A stretch of DNA of 64,000 bases from assembly GCA_965203835.1 (NCBI GenBank), contig OZ241919.1, positions 3,220,188 through 3,284,187 of the forward strand, in the 5' to 3' direction. The position numbers and the translations under genes are program-made. The DNA comes from Dehalococcoidia bacterium. Lineage in GTDB: Bacteria; Chloroflexota; Dehalococcoidia; Lucifugimonadales; UBA3495. The notes beneath the pieces are model-generated. The model ran no database searches and was not told where the DNA came from. It saw only the letters and a program-made list of their open reading frames with translations. Within the stretch, counting starts at the first letter, position 1; each line of letters begins with the position of its first letter. Below are positions 10,426 through 20,374 of the stretch, piece after piece.

Positions 10426-10977
10426 TCACGACCGGGGCACGATGATCTCCGAGTGCATTCGATTACGCAACGCTTCCAGTTGAGACCGTGTGCTGCCGTC
10501 AAGCAGTTGGTCGCCGACCTGAATTACGATTCCGCCCATGATGGACTCGTCCACCTCGGTCGAGACAACCACCTCTTTGCCGGTCAGCGCAGCCGCGAAT
10601 TGGGCAACACGCGTTGATTCGGCATCACTCAAAGGCACGGCCGTGGTGACACGCACCCGTTGGCGCCCATGGTGCTGGTCCAGGAGAGCGTTGTAAGCGT
10701 CTTCCAAGTCCGGGGCTGCATCCACCAGCCCCTTAGTGACCATCAGGTTGACCAGGTTCTGCATGAGGGGATGAATCTCACTCAGCACAACCCCGATCGA
10801 CCTGGTCTTCTCTTCGAGGGGTACCTCGGCGTGGTTCAGGAAGGCGCGAAATTCCGGGTCCTGCAGCACTTGGCTGGCCAACTGCAGGTCTATGGCCCAC
10901 TGGTCCACTTGCCCATGTTCCAAGGCCAACTGGAAGATAGCTTGGGCGTATTGTTTGCCCGAAACACGTCTGGGCAT
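10426..10977 (-). CDS. atpH: F1 ATP synthase delta (OSCP) subunit
   Basis: [18 protein letters not shown]... OSCP-type N-terminus, positioned between atpF and atpA. Confidence 0.9.
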   Translation of the reverse strand: MPRRVSGKQYAQAIFQLALEHGQVDQWAIDLQLASQVLQDPEFRAFLNHAEVPLEEKTRSIGVVLSEIHPLMQNLVNLMVTKGLVDAAPDLEDAYNALLDQHHGRQRVRVTTAVPLSDAESTRVAQFAAALTGKEVVVSTEVDESIMGGIVIQVGDQLLDGSTRSQLEALRNRMHSEIIVPRS

Positions 10978-10980
10978 CGC

Positions 10981-11490
10981 CTACCTCGACCGCGAGCCTT
11001 CGTCCAACACTTGGGCGATGAGTTCTTCATGGGCCTGACGGTCCAACGAGCGCCGTATGACCCGTTCGGCGGCCGTTATGGCCAAGTCGCCGAAGTTGGC
11101 CCGCACTTCCTGAATGGCGGCGTCACGTTCCCGCTGGATTTCGGAGCGGGCGCGCTCTATCATCGCGTCGGCATCGTTTCTGGCCCGTTCCATCTCTTCG
11201 CCGCGATACCTTTCCGCCGCCTCACGCGCTTGGTCCAAGAGTTGCTGGCCCTGCCGCCGGGCATCGTTGAGCTGCTCTTCGATGGCCTCTCTTGAACTGG
11301 ACGCTTCCTGCCTGGCTTGGTCGGCGGCCGAAAGGCTTTCCCTGATCCGCTCGGCCCGCTGGTCCATAACCCGGATCAGCGGCTTGTAGGCGAACAGGAA
11401 AAGTATGCCCAGCAGAATCCCGAAGTTGATCACATAAATGATCAGGCTGGGGAGGTTAATTCCCAGTTCGGTAATTCCCAAGAGTATCAT
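10981..11490 (-). CDS. atpF: Fo ATP synthase b subunit
   Basis: A single N-terminal TM helix followed by a long charged coiled coil. Operon position supports the call. Confidence 0.88.
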   Translation of the reverse strand: MILLGITELGINLPSLIIYVINFGILLGILFLFAYKPLIRVMDQRAERIRESLSAADQARQEASSSREAIEEQLNDARRQGQQLLDQAREAAERYRGEEMERARNDADAMIERARSEIQRERDAAIQEVRANFGDLAITAAERVIRRSLDRQAHEELIAQVLDEGSRSR

Positions 11491-11491
11491 G

Positions 11492-11752
<261 letters not shown>

Positions 11753-11780
11753 TTAACCTCCTATGAACCGTTTTAAGGTA

Positions 11781-12758
11781 TCAGTGCTCTTCGTGGCTGA
11801 CCGCCACCGATACGAATACCAGAGTAAGAGAAGCAAATATTACTGCCTGTATTAGCCCCACCAGCAACTCTAACCCGAACACAAACTCCACCGCCACCAA
11901 TGGCACGAGGAAGGTGATCATTACCACCAGGATCTCTCCGGCGGTCATGTTGCCGAACAGACGGAAGGTGAAGCTGACCACGCGCACCATTTCGCTGATC
12001 AGTTCAAGGAATCCCACGAAGGCGTCAATCAACCCGGTCGGGCGAAGCCGCAACAGGTTGCCCAGGGCGAAAAACTTTTTCAGGTAGCCAAAACCGTTGT
12101 ACTTGAACCCCCAGTACTCGACGAAGACGAACGAGATCAACGCCAAGGCCAATGGCATGTTCAGGTCGGTCCCGGCGGAGCGAATCAGGTGGGCCTTGAG
12201 GTGCCCATCCTGCATGAACCCAAGAAACTGGTAGAAGGGCAGCAGCGCCAGCCAAGCATTGAACAGCACGAAGAAGAATATGGTGGCCACCACAGGGAAC
12301 GCCTTGCGGCCCAACTCGGGACCCAGGACGCTGATGCAGAAGTTAAGGCCAGTCTCGATAAGTATCTCCACCAAAGCTTGGAAACGGCCCGGGATAATGC
12401 TCCTCTTAGCGGAGCCGAGCACGAAGAAAAGAATAATGACGATGGTGGCGAACCAAGCCGAAAGCAGGGTGTTGGTCAGCGCTATTTGGGTCATGGTCAA
12501 GGGCGTAGCGTGGGGTTTCTCTCCTTCCTTGACCTCGACCTCGTGTCCATCGGCGGAGACCAGCCCCAAGGACTGGTCCCGGAGAGTTGTGGGGAAAATC
12601 GGCTGCGGCGCCAAGTGTATCTCGGGTTTATCTATGAAACCGTCGCCCTGGGTCAGGATTTTCTGACCGATGACGCCTATAACCAAGCCGACGATCAACA
12701 GGACAATCAGCCCTACCGCGGCCAAAAGCAAAAGGGACCTGGTGGCGCCAGCCGACAC
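11781..12758 (-). CDS. atpB: Fo ATP synthase a subunit (with ~90-aa N-terminal extension)
   Basis: Polytopic protein with the conserved Arg region FTFRLFGNMTAGE. The GTG start overlaps the upstream stop (TAGTG). Confidence 0.93.
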   Translation of the reverse strand: MSAGATRSLLLLAAVGLIVLLIVGLVIGVIGQKILTQGDGFIDKPEIHLAPQPIFPTTLRDQSLGLVSADGHEVEVKEGEKPHATPLTMTQIALTNTLLSAWFATIVIILFFVLGSAKRSIIPGRFQALVEILIETGLNFCISVLGPELGRKAFPVVATIFFFVLFNAWLALLPFYQFLGFMQDGHLKAHLIRSAGTDLNMPLALALISFVFVEYWGFKYNGFGYLKKFFALGNLLRLRPTGLIDAFVGFLELISEMVRVVSFTFRLFGNMTAGEILVVMITFLVPLVAVEFVFGLELLVGLIQAVIFASLTLVFVSVAVSHEEH

Positions 12759-13018
12759 TAACTATCTCTCCCGCCGGTATCCGATCCCGTGGATTTTACG
12801 CCGTAGCTCGACAAGAACGGCCGGACCATCTTATAGAGACCCCAAAAGGCTATCGTGGTGCCCAACACTGCCCCCAGTAGAAGAAACAAGACCTTGGTGC
12901 CTGCCAGCCGGTCCAGCCACGCTCCACCCGCCACACCGATGACAATGCATATAGCTACATACCAGCCCAAGCCCGTAAGGCGTAAGGCAAAGGCCCACCA
13001 CTTCATCCCTGCCGCCAA
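12758..13018 (-). CDS. AtpZ/AtpI-like small membrane protein (first gene of atp operon)
   Basis: Two TM helices (WAFALRLTGLGWYVAICIVIGVAGGAWLD ... LFLLLGAVLGTTIAFWGLY), as in the PF09527-type ATPase gene-1 family. The start is either the TTG at 13018 or the ATG at 13006. Confidence 0.7.
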   Translation of the reverse strand: MAAGMKWWAFALRLTGLGWYVAICIVIGVAGGAWLDRLAGTKVLFLLLGAVLGTTIAFWGLYKMVRPFLSSYGVKSTGSDTGGRDS

Positions 13019-13026
13019 GCCGCGTG

Positions 13027-13055
13027 AATATTAGCAGGATGCATTTTAAAAGTCA
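13027..13055 (-). promoter_or_regulatory. Sigma-70-type promoter of the atp operon
   Basis: The minus strand reads TTGACT - 17 nt - TAATAT. The -10 element ends about 9 nt before the first possible start codon. Confidence 0.6.
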
Positions 13056-13097
13056 ATTGAGCCTCGTTTTACGAATTCCTATGATTCGGTAACGATA

Positions 13098-13130
13098 AGC
13101 GGCCCCGGCATCGTCCATGCCGGGGCCGCT
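13098..13130 (-). terminator. Terminator-like GC hairpin after the bifunctional nuclease gene
   Basis: agcggccccggcat-cgtcc-atgccggggccgct forms a 14-bp perfect stem. The U-tract is weak (TTATCGTT on the minus strand). Confidence 0.55.
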
Positions 13131-13155
13131 ATGAACAGCTAAAATTACCCTTATT

Positions 13156-13716
13156 TCACCTGCCGGGCTGCGACTTGCCGAAGTCCTCCAAGTCCAGAGT
13201 GTCAATGAAGTCTGTGAACGCCGACATCCGCCGGAGTTCCTCTTCTTTTACTTCCGAAGGCCCTTCCGAAACCTGCTGCTCTTCCGCGCCTGGCACGATG
13301 GGCTTGCCGGTTTCCTTGTCCAAGAGGATGCCAGCCTTGTCCAACACCGATTCGTCCACGTAAATCGGCACCTGCACCCGTACCGCCAAGGCCACGGCGT
13401 CGCTGGGGCGACAGTCTATCTCCGTCGCGGTGCCGTTGGTCTGCAAGGTTATCTTGGCGTAGAACGTGTCGTTTTGAAGATCGCTTACCAGGATGTGCTT
13501 GACCGAAGCCCCCAACGTGTCGATGACCGTCCGCAGCAAGTCGTGGGTCAACGGGCGAGGTACGGAGAGGTCCTGGAGTTTGACGGCTATTGCATCGGCT
13601 TCGGCTGGCCCGATCCAGATCGGGAGGTAGCGATCGGACTCCTTCTCTTTGAGGATGACTACGCGCTGGTAGTTCATCGGGCTCACCCGAATGCTATCGA
13701 TACTCATCTCCAGCAT
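13156..13716 (-). CDS. Bifunctional nuclease (BFN/DUF151) domain protein
   Basis: LPIWIGPAEADAIAVKLQDLSVPRPLTHDLL is the DUF151 signature (IWIG..EA.AI......RP.THDL). GGAGG lies 8 nt before the ATG. Confidence 0.8.
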   Translation of the reverse strand: MLEMSIDSIRVSPMNYQRVVILKEKESDRYLPIWIGPAEADAIAVKLQDLSVPRPLTHDLLRTVIDTLGASVKHILVSDLQNDTFYAKITLQTNGTATEIDCRPSDAVALAVRVQVPIYVDESVLDKAGILLDKETGKPIVPGAEEQQVSEGPSEVKEEELRRMSAFTDFIDTLDLEDFGKSQPGR

Positions 13717-13754
13717 TGCCGTCGCCTCCGTCTTTCATCCCTGAGCGGTACCAA

Positions 13755-13784
13755 ATTTTATTCTCCGCATAATTTCCATGTCAA
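13755..13784 (-). promoter_or_regulatory. Sigma-70-type promoter for the BFN gene
   Basis: The minus strand reads TTGACA - 18 nt - TAAAAT, about 40 nt upstream of the GGAGG/ATG. Confidence 0.5.
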
Positions 13785-13800
13785 CCCAGATTTTTACGAG

Positions 13801-13834
13801 AATGGGGCGGCGTAGATAAGACGCCGCCCCATTG
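13801..13834 (-). terminator. Terminator-like hairpin after the coiled-coil gene
   Basis: aatggggcggcg-tagataaga-cgccgccccatt forms a 12-bp stem, 30 nt after the stop at 13865. There is no clear U-tract. Confidence 0.45.
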
Positions 13835-13864
13835 GCTCGAGACATATTGCAATGTTGGCTGGGA

Positions 13865-14353
13865 CTATTCTTGTTGGTAGTGGCCGTTGCTGGCGCTCAA
13901 CACGGTGTCCTGCGCCAGCATGTCGATACCCTTACGCACGGAGGCTGTGATGCTGTTAAGCTGGCGTTCCAGGTTCCGAAGACTGTGCAGCGCGTAGGCG
14001 TCCGCCTCGGATACTTGTGACCTGGCAGTGTTTTCGGACTGGTTGAGCAGCCGTTGGGCCCGTTCCTCAGCATCCGAGATGATTTGGTCAGCTCTCTGCT
14101 GCGCTTTCTCGATTATGTCGTTCTGGTCCAATCGCTCCCGGTAGTCGTCCTCGGCTCGAGCCTTGGTGCGCCGGGCGTCAATAATGGCCTGATTGATGAT
14201 TTGGTCTTTTTGCGCCAGTACCTCCTGGGCCGCCTTGTACTCTTGAGGTACGGCTAGGCGCAGTTGGTCTACCAACTCCATCACTTTTGTTTTATCGATA
14301 AGAACGCCGCCGCTCACAGGCACAACCTTGCTGGTGTCGAGTAGGGTCTCCAA
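13865..14353 (-). CDS. Coiled-coil protein of unknown function (DivIVA / ATPase stalk-subunit-like heptads)
   Basis: 162 aa and almost entirely charged helix (QEVLAQKDQIINQAIIDARRTKARAEDDYRERLDQ...). The frame stays open 45 nt further upstream (EEDIIDIINVIDR) behind a GGAGG, but without a canonical start codon, so the start is uncertain. Confidence 0.55.
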   Translation of the reverse strand: METLLDTSKVVPVSGGVLIDKTKVMELVDQLRLAVPQEYKAAQEVLAQKDQIINQAIIDARRTKARAEDDYRERLDQNDIIEKAQQRADQIISDAEERAQRLLNQSENTARSQVSEADAYALHSLRNLERQLNSITASVRKGIDMLAQDTVLSASNGHYQQE

Positions 14354-14404
14354 CCGGTCAATAACGTTTATGATATCGATGATGTCCTCCTCACCCGGCC
14401 TACG

Positions 14405-14893
14405 CTAGTTAGACGCCGGTGCTCCAAATTTTCGATAGACCGCTTCTGCTACGTAAGGCGGCACCATGCCGGTGATGTCCCCGCCTAACATTGCTACCTC
14501 TTTAATTAAGCTTGAGCTAAGGAACATGTGTTCCTGCGAGGTCATGAATGAGACCAGGTCCACCTCAGGGGCCAGCTTCCGGTTCATGATTCCCATGTCA
14601 AATTCATACTCGAAGTCCGAACCGCTGCGCAGTCCCCGCACAATGACATTAGCTCCCATGTCCTGCGCAAACCTGACTACCAACCCCTCGAATCCCCTTA
14701 CTTCCACGTTGGGCAACCCCTCAACCGCTTTGGTGAACAGCGCTATGCGGTCGTCCGAGTCAAACAACAAGTTCTTGGAAGGGGTTGCGTAAACGCCGAT
14801 TATCACTTTGTCGAACAAAGCCGCGGCGCGCGTGGCAATATCCAAGTGTCCATAGGTCACAGGATCGAAGCTTCCCGGATAAACGGCAGTCAA
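14405..14893 (-). CDS. coaD: Phosphopantetheine adenylyltransferase
   Basis: AVYPGSFDPVTYGHLDIATRAA (nucleotidyltransferase T/HxGH motif), about 160 aa. Confidence 0.93.
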   Translation of the reverse strand: MTAVYPGSFDPVTYGHLDIATRAAALFDKVIIGVYATPSKNLLFDSDDRIALFTKAVEGLPNVEVRGFEGLVVRFAQDMGANVIVRGLRSGSDFEYEFDMGIMNRKLAPEVDLVSFMTSQEHMFLSSSLIKEVAMLGGDITGMVPPYVAEAVYRKFGAPASN

Positions 14894-14898
14894 TTTGT

Positions 14899-15450
14899 CT
14901 AGGCCTCGTTGCGATAAAAGTCTACGGCGTTGTCGCCATAGCGACGCTGGGAGGTGATCCGCAAGGACCCGTAGGCCTCCTGGAGTTCCGTCCGTTTGGA
15001 GTGTCCGGCCACCACCATCCCTCCGACACCCACCAAGCCCGGCGTGGATGCGATGGCGTCTAATACCTCTCCCAAGGTTTGGAGGCGATATGGTGGGTCC
15101 AGCAGGACCAATTGATAAGGCCCGGTGAGTCTGCCCAGGGCCGATTCAACCGAGGTGCAACTGACGTTCGAGAAGTCCCGAAAGCGAGTGGCATCCAAGT
15201 TGGCTTGAATCACGGCACACTGGCGGCGGTCTTGCTCCACGAAGTCGGCCCACCCGGCGCCTCTACTAAGGGCTTCTATACCCAGGCTGCCCGTCCCGGC
15301 GTACAAGTCCAGTACACGCTGGTCCTCATACGTATGGGGCTGAAGGATATTGAAGATAGCCGCCCTCACCCGCTCTGTGGTAGGCCGAACCGCCTCGGAG
15401 GTTGCACCCCTCAGCCGACTGCCTTTGGCCTTGCCGGCTACCACACGCAT
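14899..15450 (-). CDS. rsmD: 16S rRNA (guanine966-N2)-methyltransferase RsmD
   Basis: RPTTERVRAAIFNIL, DLYAGTGSLGIEALSRGA and the LLDPPY motif. It forms the classical rsmD-coaD pair. Confidence 0.9.
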   Translation of the reverse strand: MRVVAGKAKGSRLRGATSEAVRPTTERVRAAIFNILQPHTYEDQRVLDLYAGTGSLGIEALSRGAGWADFVEQDRRQCAVIQANLDATRFRDFSNVSCTSVESALGRLTGPYQLVLLDPPYRLQTLGEVLDAIASTPGLVGVGGMVVAGHSKRTELQEAYGSLRITSQRRYGDNAVDFYRNEA

Positions 15451-15608
15451 AACGTTTCCTGTCGGTATTTAAGCATAATGTCAATATGGTTACCAAGGAA
15501 CCGAAATATCGATTTCGACCACTTTAGAGGCCAACGGGAAAACCTTTTGGGCTGCGGCTTGGCGCTGAACGTAATGCGACTGTTCATCCACCTTGAAATG
15601 GGTTCAAG

Positions 15609-15637
15609 TTGACGCTCCTATCCGGCTATGCTACCAT
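15609..15637 (+). promoter_or_regulatory. Possible promoter for ribF-tyrS
   Basis: TTGACG - 17 nt - TACCAT, about 90 nt upstream of the ribF ATG. Confidence 0.35.
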
Positions 15638-15727
15638 CCGAGCGCACCGAATGTTAGAATTTTCACGCCGTTTTCCCTGCAAAAGTCACGTCTGACGGGG
15701 GATGGTGCCCACGGAACCTGAGTCGGC

Positions 15728-16684
15728 ATGAAGTTGCAACAGCGCCTTGCCACCGTCGCCCCGGACAGGGATACGATAGTGACCGTCGGCGTCTTCGACG
15801 GCGTCCACCAAGGCCATTGCCATTTACTGAGACGCTTGGTTGAACTGGCACGCCCGCAGTTCCTGCCCACCGTTCTCACCTTTGTCAATCACCCGACCAC
15901 TGTTCTGCAACCTCAGAGCGACGTTCGCTACATAACTACGCCAGAAGAACGGGTGCGCCTGTTGAAAGAGCAGGGAGTGGAATTGGTGGTGTGCCTTGAC
16001 TTCACGCAGGAACTGTCCCAAGTTACGGCCGACGACTTTGTCCGCGAAATGGTCAGCGGCTTGAGAATGAAGGGACTGGTGGCCGGACCGGACTCGGCGT
16101 TGGGACGAGGCCGGCAGGGAGACTTGGACTTCCTGAAAAGAAAGGGCGAGGAGTTGGGTTTTTGGGTAGATTCGGTGCAGCCCCTGGAGGTTGACGGCGA
16201 TCAAGTGAAGAGCCGCCGCATTCGCGGAAACCTGGCAGAGGGCGACGTAGCTACCTGCGCCAAGCTCCTGGGGCGCAAGTTCTCTCTGGACGGCATCGTA
16301 GTAAAGGGTTACCAGCGCGGGCAAACGCTGGGCTTCCCCACAGCCAACCTCCAACCTACCCCACAAATGGCGCTGCCCGGCGACGGTATATACGCAACCT
16401 GGGCAATTATAGACGGTGTTCGCCATCCTTCCGCCACCAGCATAGGCGTCAGGCCCACATTCAACTTGTCCGAGAGACTGATTGAAGTATATGTGATGGG
16501 CGACGACGAGGGACGCCCCTACAACGGCGATTTGTACGGCAAGAGGCTGGGCGTGGAATTTGTAAGCAAGTTGCGAGACCAAGAGACTTTTAACAGCGTT
16601 GATGAGTTAGTTGTCCAAATTAACCGGGACGTTGCGGACTCCAGAGCAGCCTTGAACGAAGACATGGGGGCCGGTCTTGCTTAG
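15728..16684 (+). CDS. ribF: Bifunctional riboflavin kinase / FMN adenylyltransferase
   Basis: VTVGVFDGVHQGHCHLL N-terminal FAD synthetase motif and a C-terminal riboflavin kinase domain (GFPTANL ... E..). Confidence 0.93.
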   Translation: MKLQQRLATVAPDRDTIVTVGVFDGVHQGHCHLLRRLVELARPQFLPTVLTFVNHPTTVLQPQSDVRYITTPEERVRLLKEQGVELVVCLDFTQELSQVTADDFVREMVSGLRMKGLVAGPDSALGRGRQGDLDFLKRKGEELGFWVDSVQPLEVDGDQVKSRRIRGNLAEGDVATCAKLLGRKFSLDGIVVKGYQRGQTLGFPTANLQPTPQMALPGDGIYATWAIIDGVRHPSATSIGVRPTFNLSERLIEVYVMGDDEGRPYNGDLYGKRLGVEFVSKLRDQETFNSVDELVVQINRDVADSRAALNEDMGAGLA

Positions 16685-17933
16685 CGACGAAGCAATAGAG
16701 AGGATAACCCGGCGGGGAGTTTCCGACATTATTTCCCGGGAAGAGTTTGTCCGCATGTTGGGCCGGGGCGAACCCCTCCGGCTGAAGATGGGGTTCGATC
16801 CCAGCCGTCCTGACATCCACTTGGGCCATGTAGTAGGCCTCCGCAAGCTGCATCAACTCCAAGAACTTGGTCACCAAGTCATACTGATCGTTGGCGACTG
16901 GACTGCCCAGATAGGAGACCCCAGCGGCCAGTCGGCAACCAGGCCTGTATTGACTCACGACGAGGTGGTCGCAAACGCCGAGTCATACCTGCGGCAGTTC
17001 TTCAAAGTGGTGGACAAAGACCGGACCCAAGTGGTCTGGCAAAGTGAATGGTTCGGTAAGTTCAGCTTGGAAGACGTAATCAAGCTTACCGGCAAGTTCA
17101 CCGTAGCCCAGTTCCTGGCAAGGGACGACTTCGCCAAGAGGTTCCAAGAACACCGGCCTATCGCCATCACCGAGTTGTTGTACCCCCTGCTCCAAGCCTA
17201 CGACTCGGTTGCGATTCAGTCCGACGTGGAGTTTGGAGGCACCGACCAGCGGTTCAACCTATTGGTAGGCCGTGAGTTGCAGGAGATGGAAGGGCAGCGT
17301 CCCCAGCAATGTTTCCTCATGCCCATCCTCGTAGGCACAGACGGCGCGCAGAAGATGAGCAAGAGCTTGGGGAACTACGTGGGTGTCGAGGAACCGCCGG
17401 GAGACATGTACGGCAAGATAATGTCCCTGCCCGACGAGTTGATCAAGCCTTACTTCGAATACCTTACCGACATGCCGGACGATGACTTGGCCGCATTGGC
17501 TCACGACTTGGAAAACGACGCCGTAAACCCGATGGAGTTCAAGAAGCGGCTAGCGTGGGAGGTCACCAGCCAATTTCACGATTCCGCAGCGGCTGACACG
17601 GCTCAAGCCCGCTTCGAACGTGTGGTGCAGCAACGTAGTCTGCCTGATGAGATGCCTGAACTCTCTATAAGCGGCAGTTTGAGTGCAGTAGTAAATAGAG
17701 CAGACGGCAGCCATGATACCGTTATGGCTCAAGCTGACCGCTTGCTGGTGGCCGTTGGACTGGCCTCCAGCAATGCCGAGGCGCGGCGCTTGATTTCCCA
17801 AGGCGCAGTAGAGTTGTTGCGTCAGACGGGAGATTCCATGCGCATAGAGAACGCACGGGAAAATGTAACCGTCTCTGCCGGGGACGTAGTGCGGGTGGGC
17901 CGTCGCCGCTTCGTGCGCTTGGTGGCAAATTAA
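16677..17933 (+). CDS. tyrS: Tyrosine--tRNA ligase
   Basis: HIGH-type motif PDIHLGH, KMSKS present verbatim, and a C-terminal S4-like domain. It overlaps ribF by 8 nt. Confidence 0.9.
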   Translation: MLSDEAIERITRRGVSDIISREEFVRMLGRGEPLRLKMGFDPSRPDIHLGHVVGLRKLHQLQELGHQVILIVGDWTAQIGDPSGQSATRPVLTHDEVVANAESYLRQFFKVVDKDRTQVVWQSEWFGKFSLEDVIKLTGKFTVAQFLARDDFAKRFQEHRPIAITELLYPLLQAYDSVAIQSDVEFGGTDQRFNLLVGRELQEMEGQRPQQCFLMPILVGTDGAQKMSKSLGNYVGVEEPPGDMYGKIMSLPDELIKPYFEYLTDMPDDDLAALAHDLENDAVNPMEFKKRLAWEVTSQFHDSAAADTAQARFERVVQQRSLPDEMPELSISGSLSAVVNRADGSHDTVMAQADRLLVAVGLASSNAEARRLISQGAVELLRQTGDSMRIENARENVTVSAGDVVRVGRRRFVRLVAN

Positions 17934-18041
17934 ACCGTATTCCTGACATCCGCATTGCGCGCTCGAGCACGATGCGGAGTCTTTCCCGAAAGTTCCCATT
18001 ACAGGTCAAGGGGTGTTTCATATCCCCGCCGGAGGTGCCCG

Positions 18042-19706
18042 TTGTACTCCCACGAGCAGTTGACACATCTCAGGTCACGCCTTGCCCAACGACGCGAAAA
18101 GAATTCCTCCCTGGTAGAGCGACGGAAGGAGTTCAAGACCCCTTCGCAGATACCGGTTAACACGGTGTACACCCCCGATGACCTGTCTGACATAGACTAC
18201 CTGCAGGACCAGGGCCTGCCCGGCGAATACCCCTACTTGCGCGGAGTACACGAGACCGGTTACCGGGGACGGCTGTGGACAATGAGGATGTTCGCCGGAT
18301 TCGGCATGGCCGAGGAAACCAATGAGCGGTTCAAGATGCTGCTCGGCAACGGTGAGACCGGCCTGAGCGTAGCATTCGACATGCCAACCCTTTACGGCTA
18401 CGACACTGACGACCCAAGGGGTGCGGGTGAGTTCGGCACCTGCGGCGTCGCCGTATCCAGCTTGGCCGACATGGAGGTGCTCTTTGAGGGCATCAAGCTG
18501 GACGATATAACCACGTCGATGACCATCAACAGCCCGGCGGCCATCATCTGGGCCATGTTCATCGCGGTGGCGGAGAAACAGGGCGCAGACATCCGCCGCA
18601 TAGGCGGTACGTTGCAAAACGACATCCTCAAGGAGTTCACTGCTCAGAACGAGTATATTTTCCCGCCCGATCCATCGATGCGATTGGTGGTCGACACGGT
18701 GGAATTTGCCACCAACCACATGCCCAGGTGGAACCCCATCAGCATCAGCGGTTACCACATCCGGGAAGCCGGGGCCAATGCCACGCAGGAGTTGGCGTTT
18801 ACCTTGGCCGACGGCTTCGAGTATGTGCGTCAGTGCGTGGAGCGAGGCATGAACGTTGACGAGTTCGCTCCCAGGTTGAGTTTCTTCTTCAACGTCCATA
18901 ATAACTTCTTTGAGGAGATCGCCAAGTTTCGAGCGGCCAGACGCATCTGGGCGCGGGAGATGGTCGAGACATTCAAGGCTCAGAATCCACGGTCCGGCTG
19001 GCTGCGATTCCATGCCCAGACTTCCGGTGCCAGCCTTACCGCGCAACAACCGGAAAACAACGTGGTGAGAGTTTCGTTGCAGGCGTTGGCCGCGGTCCTG
19101 GGTGGCTGCCAGTCCCTTCATACCAACGGCAAGGACGAAGCGTGGGCGCTCCCTTCGGAGGAAGCGGCGCTTCAAGCCCTGCGCACACAACAAATCATTG
19201 CTCACGAGACCGGCGTCACCGATACGGTGGACCCGTTGGGCGGCAGCTACTTCGTCGAGACGATGACTAACCAGATGGAAGAGGGCGCCTATGATTATTT
19301 CCGCCAGATTGAGGACCACGGAGGGGTGATGACGGCCCTGGAATCGGGTTTCTTCCAGCGTGAGATCGCCAACGCGGCCTACGTTTACCAGATGGAAGAG
19401 GACAAGGGCGAGCGGATTACCGTTGGCGTTAACGAGCACAGGACCGACGATCAGTTGGAGATACCGCTGCTACGGGTGGACCGGGAGGGTGAACGGCGTC
19501 AAATCCAAAGGCTTAACCGGGTCCGCCACAGCCGTGACAACCGCTTGGTGAAAGAGAAGCTACGTGCCTTGGAGCAGGCCGCCAGAGGGTCTGACAACCT
19601 CATGCCTCCACTCGTGGAGGCGGTCAAGGCATACGCCACTCTGGGAGAAATGATGGACGTTTTCCGGGATGTGTTCGGGGAATATCAGCCGTCCTGGGGC
19701 TTTTAG
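18042..19706 (+). CDS. Methylmalonyl-CoA mutase family, catalytic (N-terminal TIM-barrel) subunit without B12-binding domain
   Basis: [23 protein letters not shown] and the rest are mutase-like. I favour the TTG at 18042 (GGAGG 6 nt upstream) over the track start at 17955. There is no C-terminal cobalamin-binding domain. Confidence 0.88.
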   Translation: MYSHEQLTHLRSRLAQRREKNSSLVERRKEFKTPSQIPVNTVYTPDDLSDIDYLQDQGLPGEYPYLRGVHETGYRGRLWTMRMFAGFGMAEETNERFKMLLGNGETGLSVAFDMPTLYGYDTDDPRGAGEFGTCGVAVSSLADMEVLFEGIKLDDITTSMTINSPAAIIWAMFIAVAEKQGADIRRIGGTLQNDILKEFTAQNEYIFPPDPSMRLVVDTVEFATNHMPRWNPISISGYHIREAGANATQELAFTLADGFEYVRQCVERGMNVDEFAPRLSFFFNVHNNFFEEIAKFRAARRIWAREMVETFKAQNPRSGWLRFHAQTSGASLTAQQPENNVVRVSLQALAAVLGGCQSLHTNGKDEAWALPSEEAALQALRTQQIIAHETGVTDTVDPLGGSYFVETMTNQMEEGAYDYFRQIEDHGGVMTALESGFFQREIANAAYVYQMEEDKGERITVGVNEHRTDDQLEIPLLRVDREGERRQIQRLNRVRHSRDNRLVKEKLRALEQAARGSDNLMPPLVEAVKAYATLGEMMDVFRDVFGEYQPSWGF

Positions 19707-19714
19707 TTGGAGGT

Positions 19715-20278
19715 ATGACAGTCATGGCCACGTCACGCCCCAAAGTCAGATTCACGTACAACGACTATTGCCTGCTCCCCGAGGACAAGCGTTACGAATT
19801 GATCGGCGGTGAATTGTATATGGCGCCAGCGCCTTTGATCAGGCATCAGGTTATATTGCGGACCCTGCTACCTTTGTTGTGGCCATTCGTCCGGGACAAC
19901 GGTTTGGGCCAAGTTTATAGCGCCCCGGTTGACGTCATTTTTTCCGACGAAGATGTGCTCCAGCCGGACATCATTTTCGTGGCCGCAGACCGGGAAGGAA
20001 TCGTAACTGAGCGGGCGTGCGAAGGGGCTCCGGACCTGGTAATCGAGATACTGTCGCCTTCCACCGGCCAGCGCGACCGGGAGTTAAAGCGCAAGGTCTA
20101 CGCCAACTACGGGGTGAAGGAGTACTGGTTGGTGGACCCGGAAAGTCATTCGGTACAGGTTCTTCGGCTTGGTGATGCCGATTTCAAAGACTGTGGGGAA
20201 TTCCGGGCGGAGGCCAGCCTCACTACGCCCTTGCTCCCAAGGTTGGAACTCCCGGTCTCCGATGTCTTTGCCCCTTAA
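19715..20278 (+). CDS. Uma2-family (DUF820) endonuclease, paralog 1
   Basis: YELIGGELYMAPAP...HQ ... QPDIIFV ... APDLVIEILSPST ... K...Y...GV.EYWLVDP is the PD-(D/E)xK-type Uma2 pattern. Confidence 0.85.
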   Translation: MTVMATSRPKVRFTYNDYCLLPEDKRYELIGGELYMAPAPLIRHQVILRTLLPLLWPFVRDNGLGQVYSAPVDVIFSDEDVLQPDIIFVAADREGIVTERACEGAPDLVIEILSPSTGQRDRELKRKVYANYGVKEYWLVDPESHSVQVLRLGDADFKDCGEFRAEASLTTPLLPRLELPVSDVFAP

Positions 20279-20312
20279 ACTGCGATCCCCAAAATCCGAT
20301 AGGAATGCTGAG

Positions 20313-20341
20313 GCCCCGTCCCACTTTTAGCTGGACGGGGC
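20313..20341. terminator. GC hairpin between Uma2 and tRNA-Pro
   Basis: gccccgtcc-(11 nt)-ggacggggc forms a 9-bp stem between convergent genes. There is no U-tract on either strand. Confidence 0.3.
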
Positions 20342-20374
20342 ATTGGTGTCGCCAATGCCTAGCGGGTCTATAAC

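Noticed and set aside
15502-15517. Inverted repeat CGAAAT-atcg-ATTTCG in the rsmD/ribF divergent spacer.
   Set aside because: It has only 6-bp arms, is a single occurrence and matches no known operator, so it is too weak to call.
15638-15727. FMN riboswitch upstream of ribF.
   Set aside because: The leader is only ~90 nt and lacks the conserved RFN blocks (GGGGCAGGGTGAAATTCCC, GCCGACAGT and so on). ribF is not usually riboswitch-controlled.
18075-19439. A 454-aa ORF antisense to the methylmalonyl-CoA mutase gene.
   Set aside because: This is a GC-driven shadow ORF. Its composition is Arg/Gly/His/Leu-rich with no motifs, while the sense frame carries unmistakable mutase sequence.
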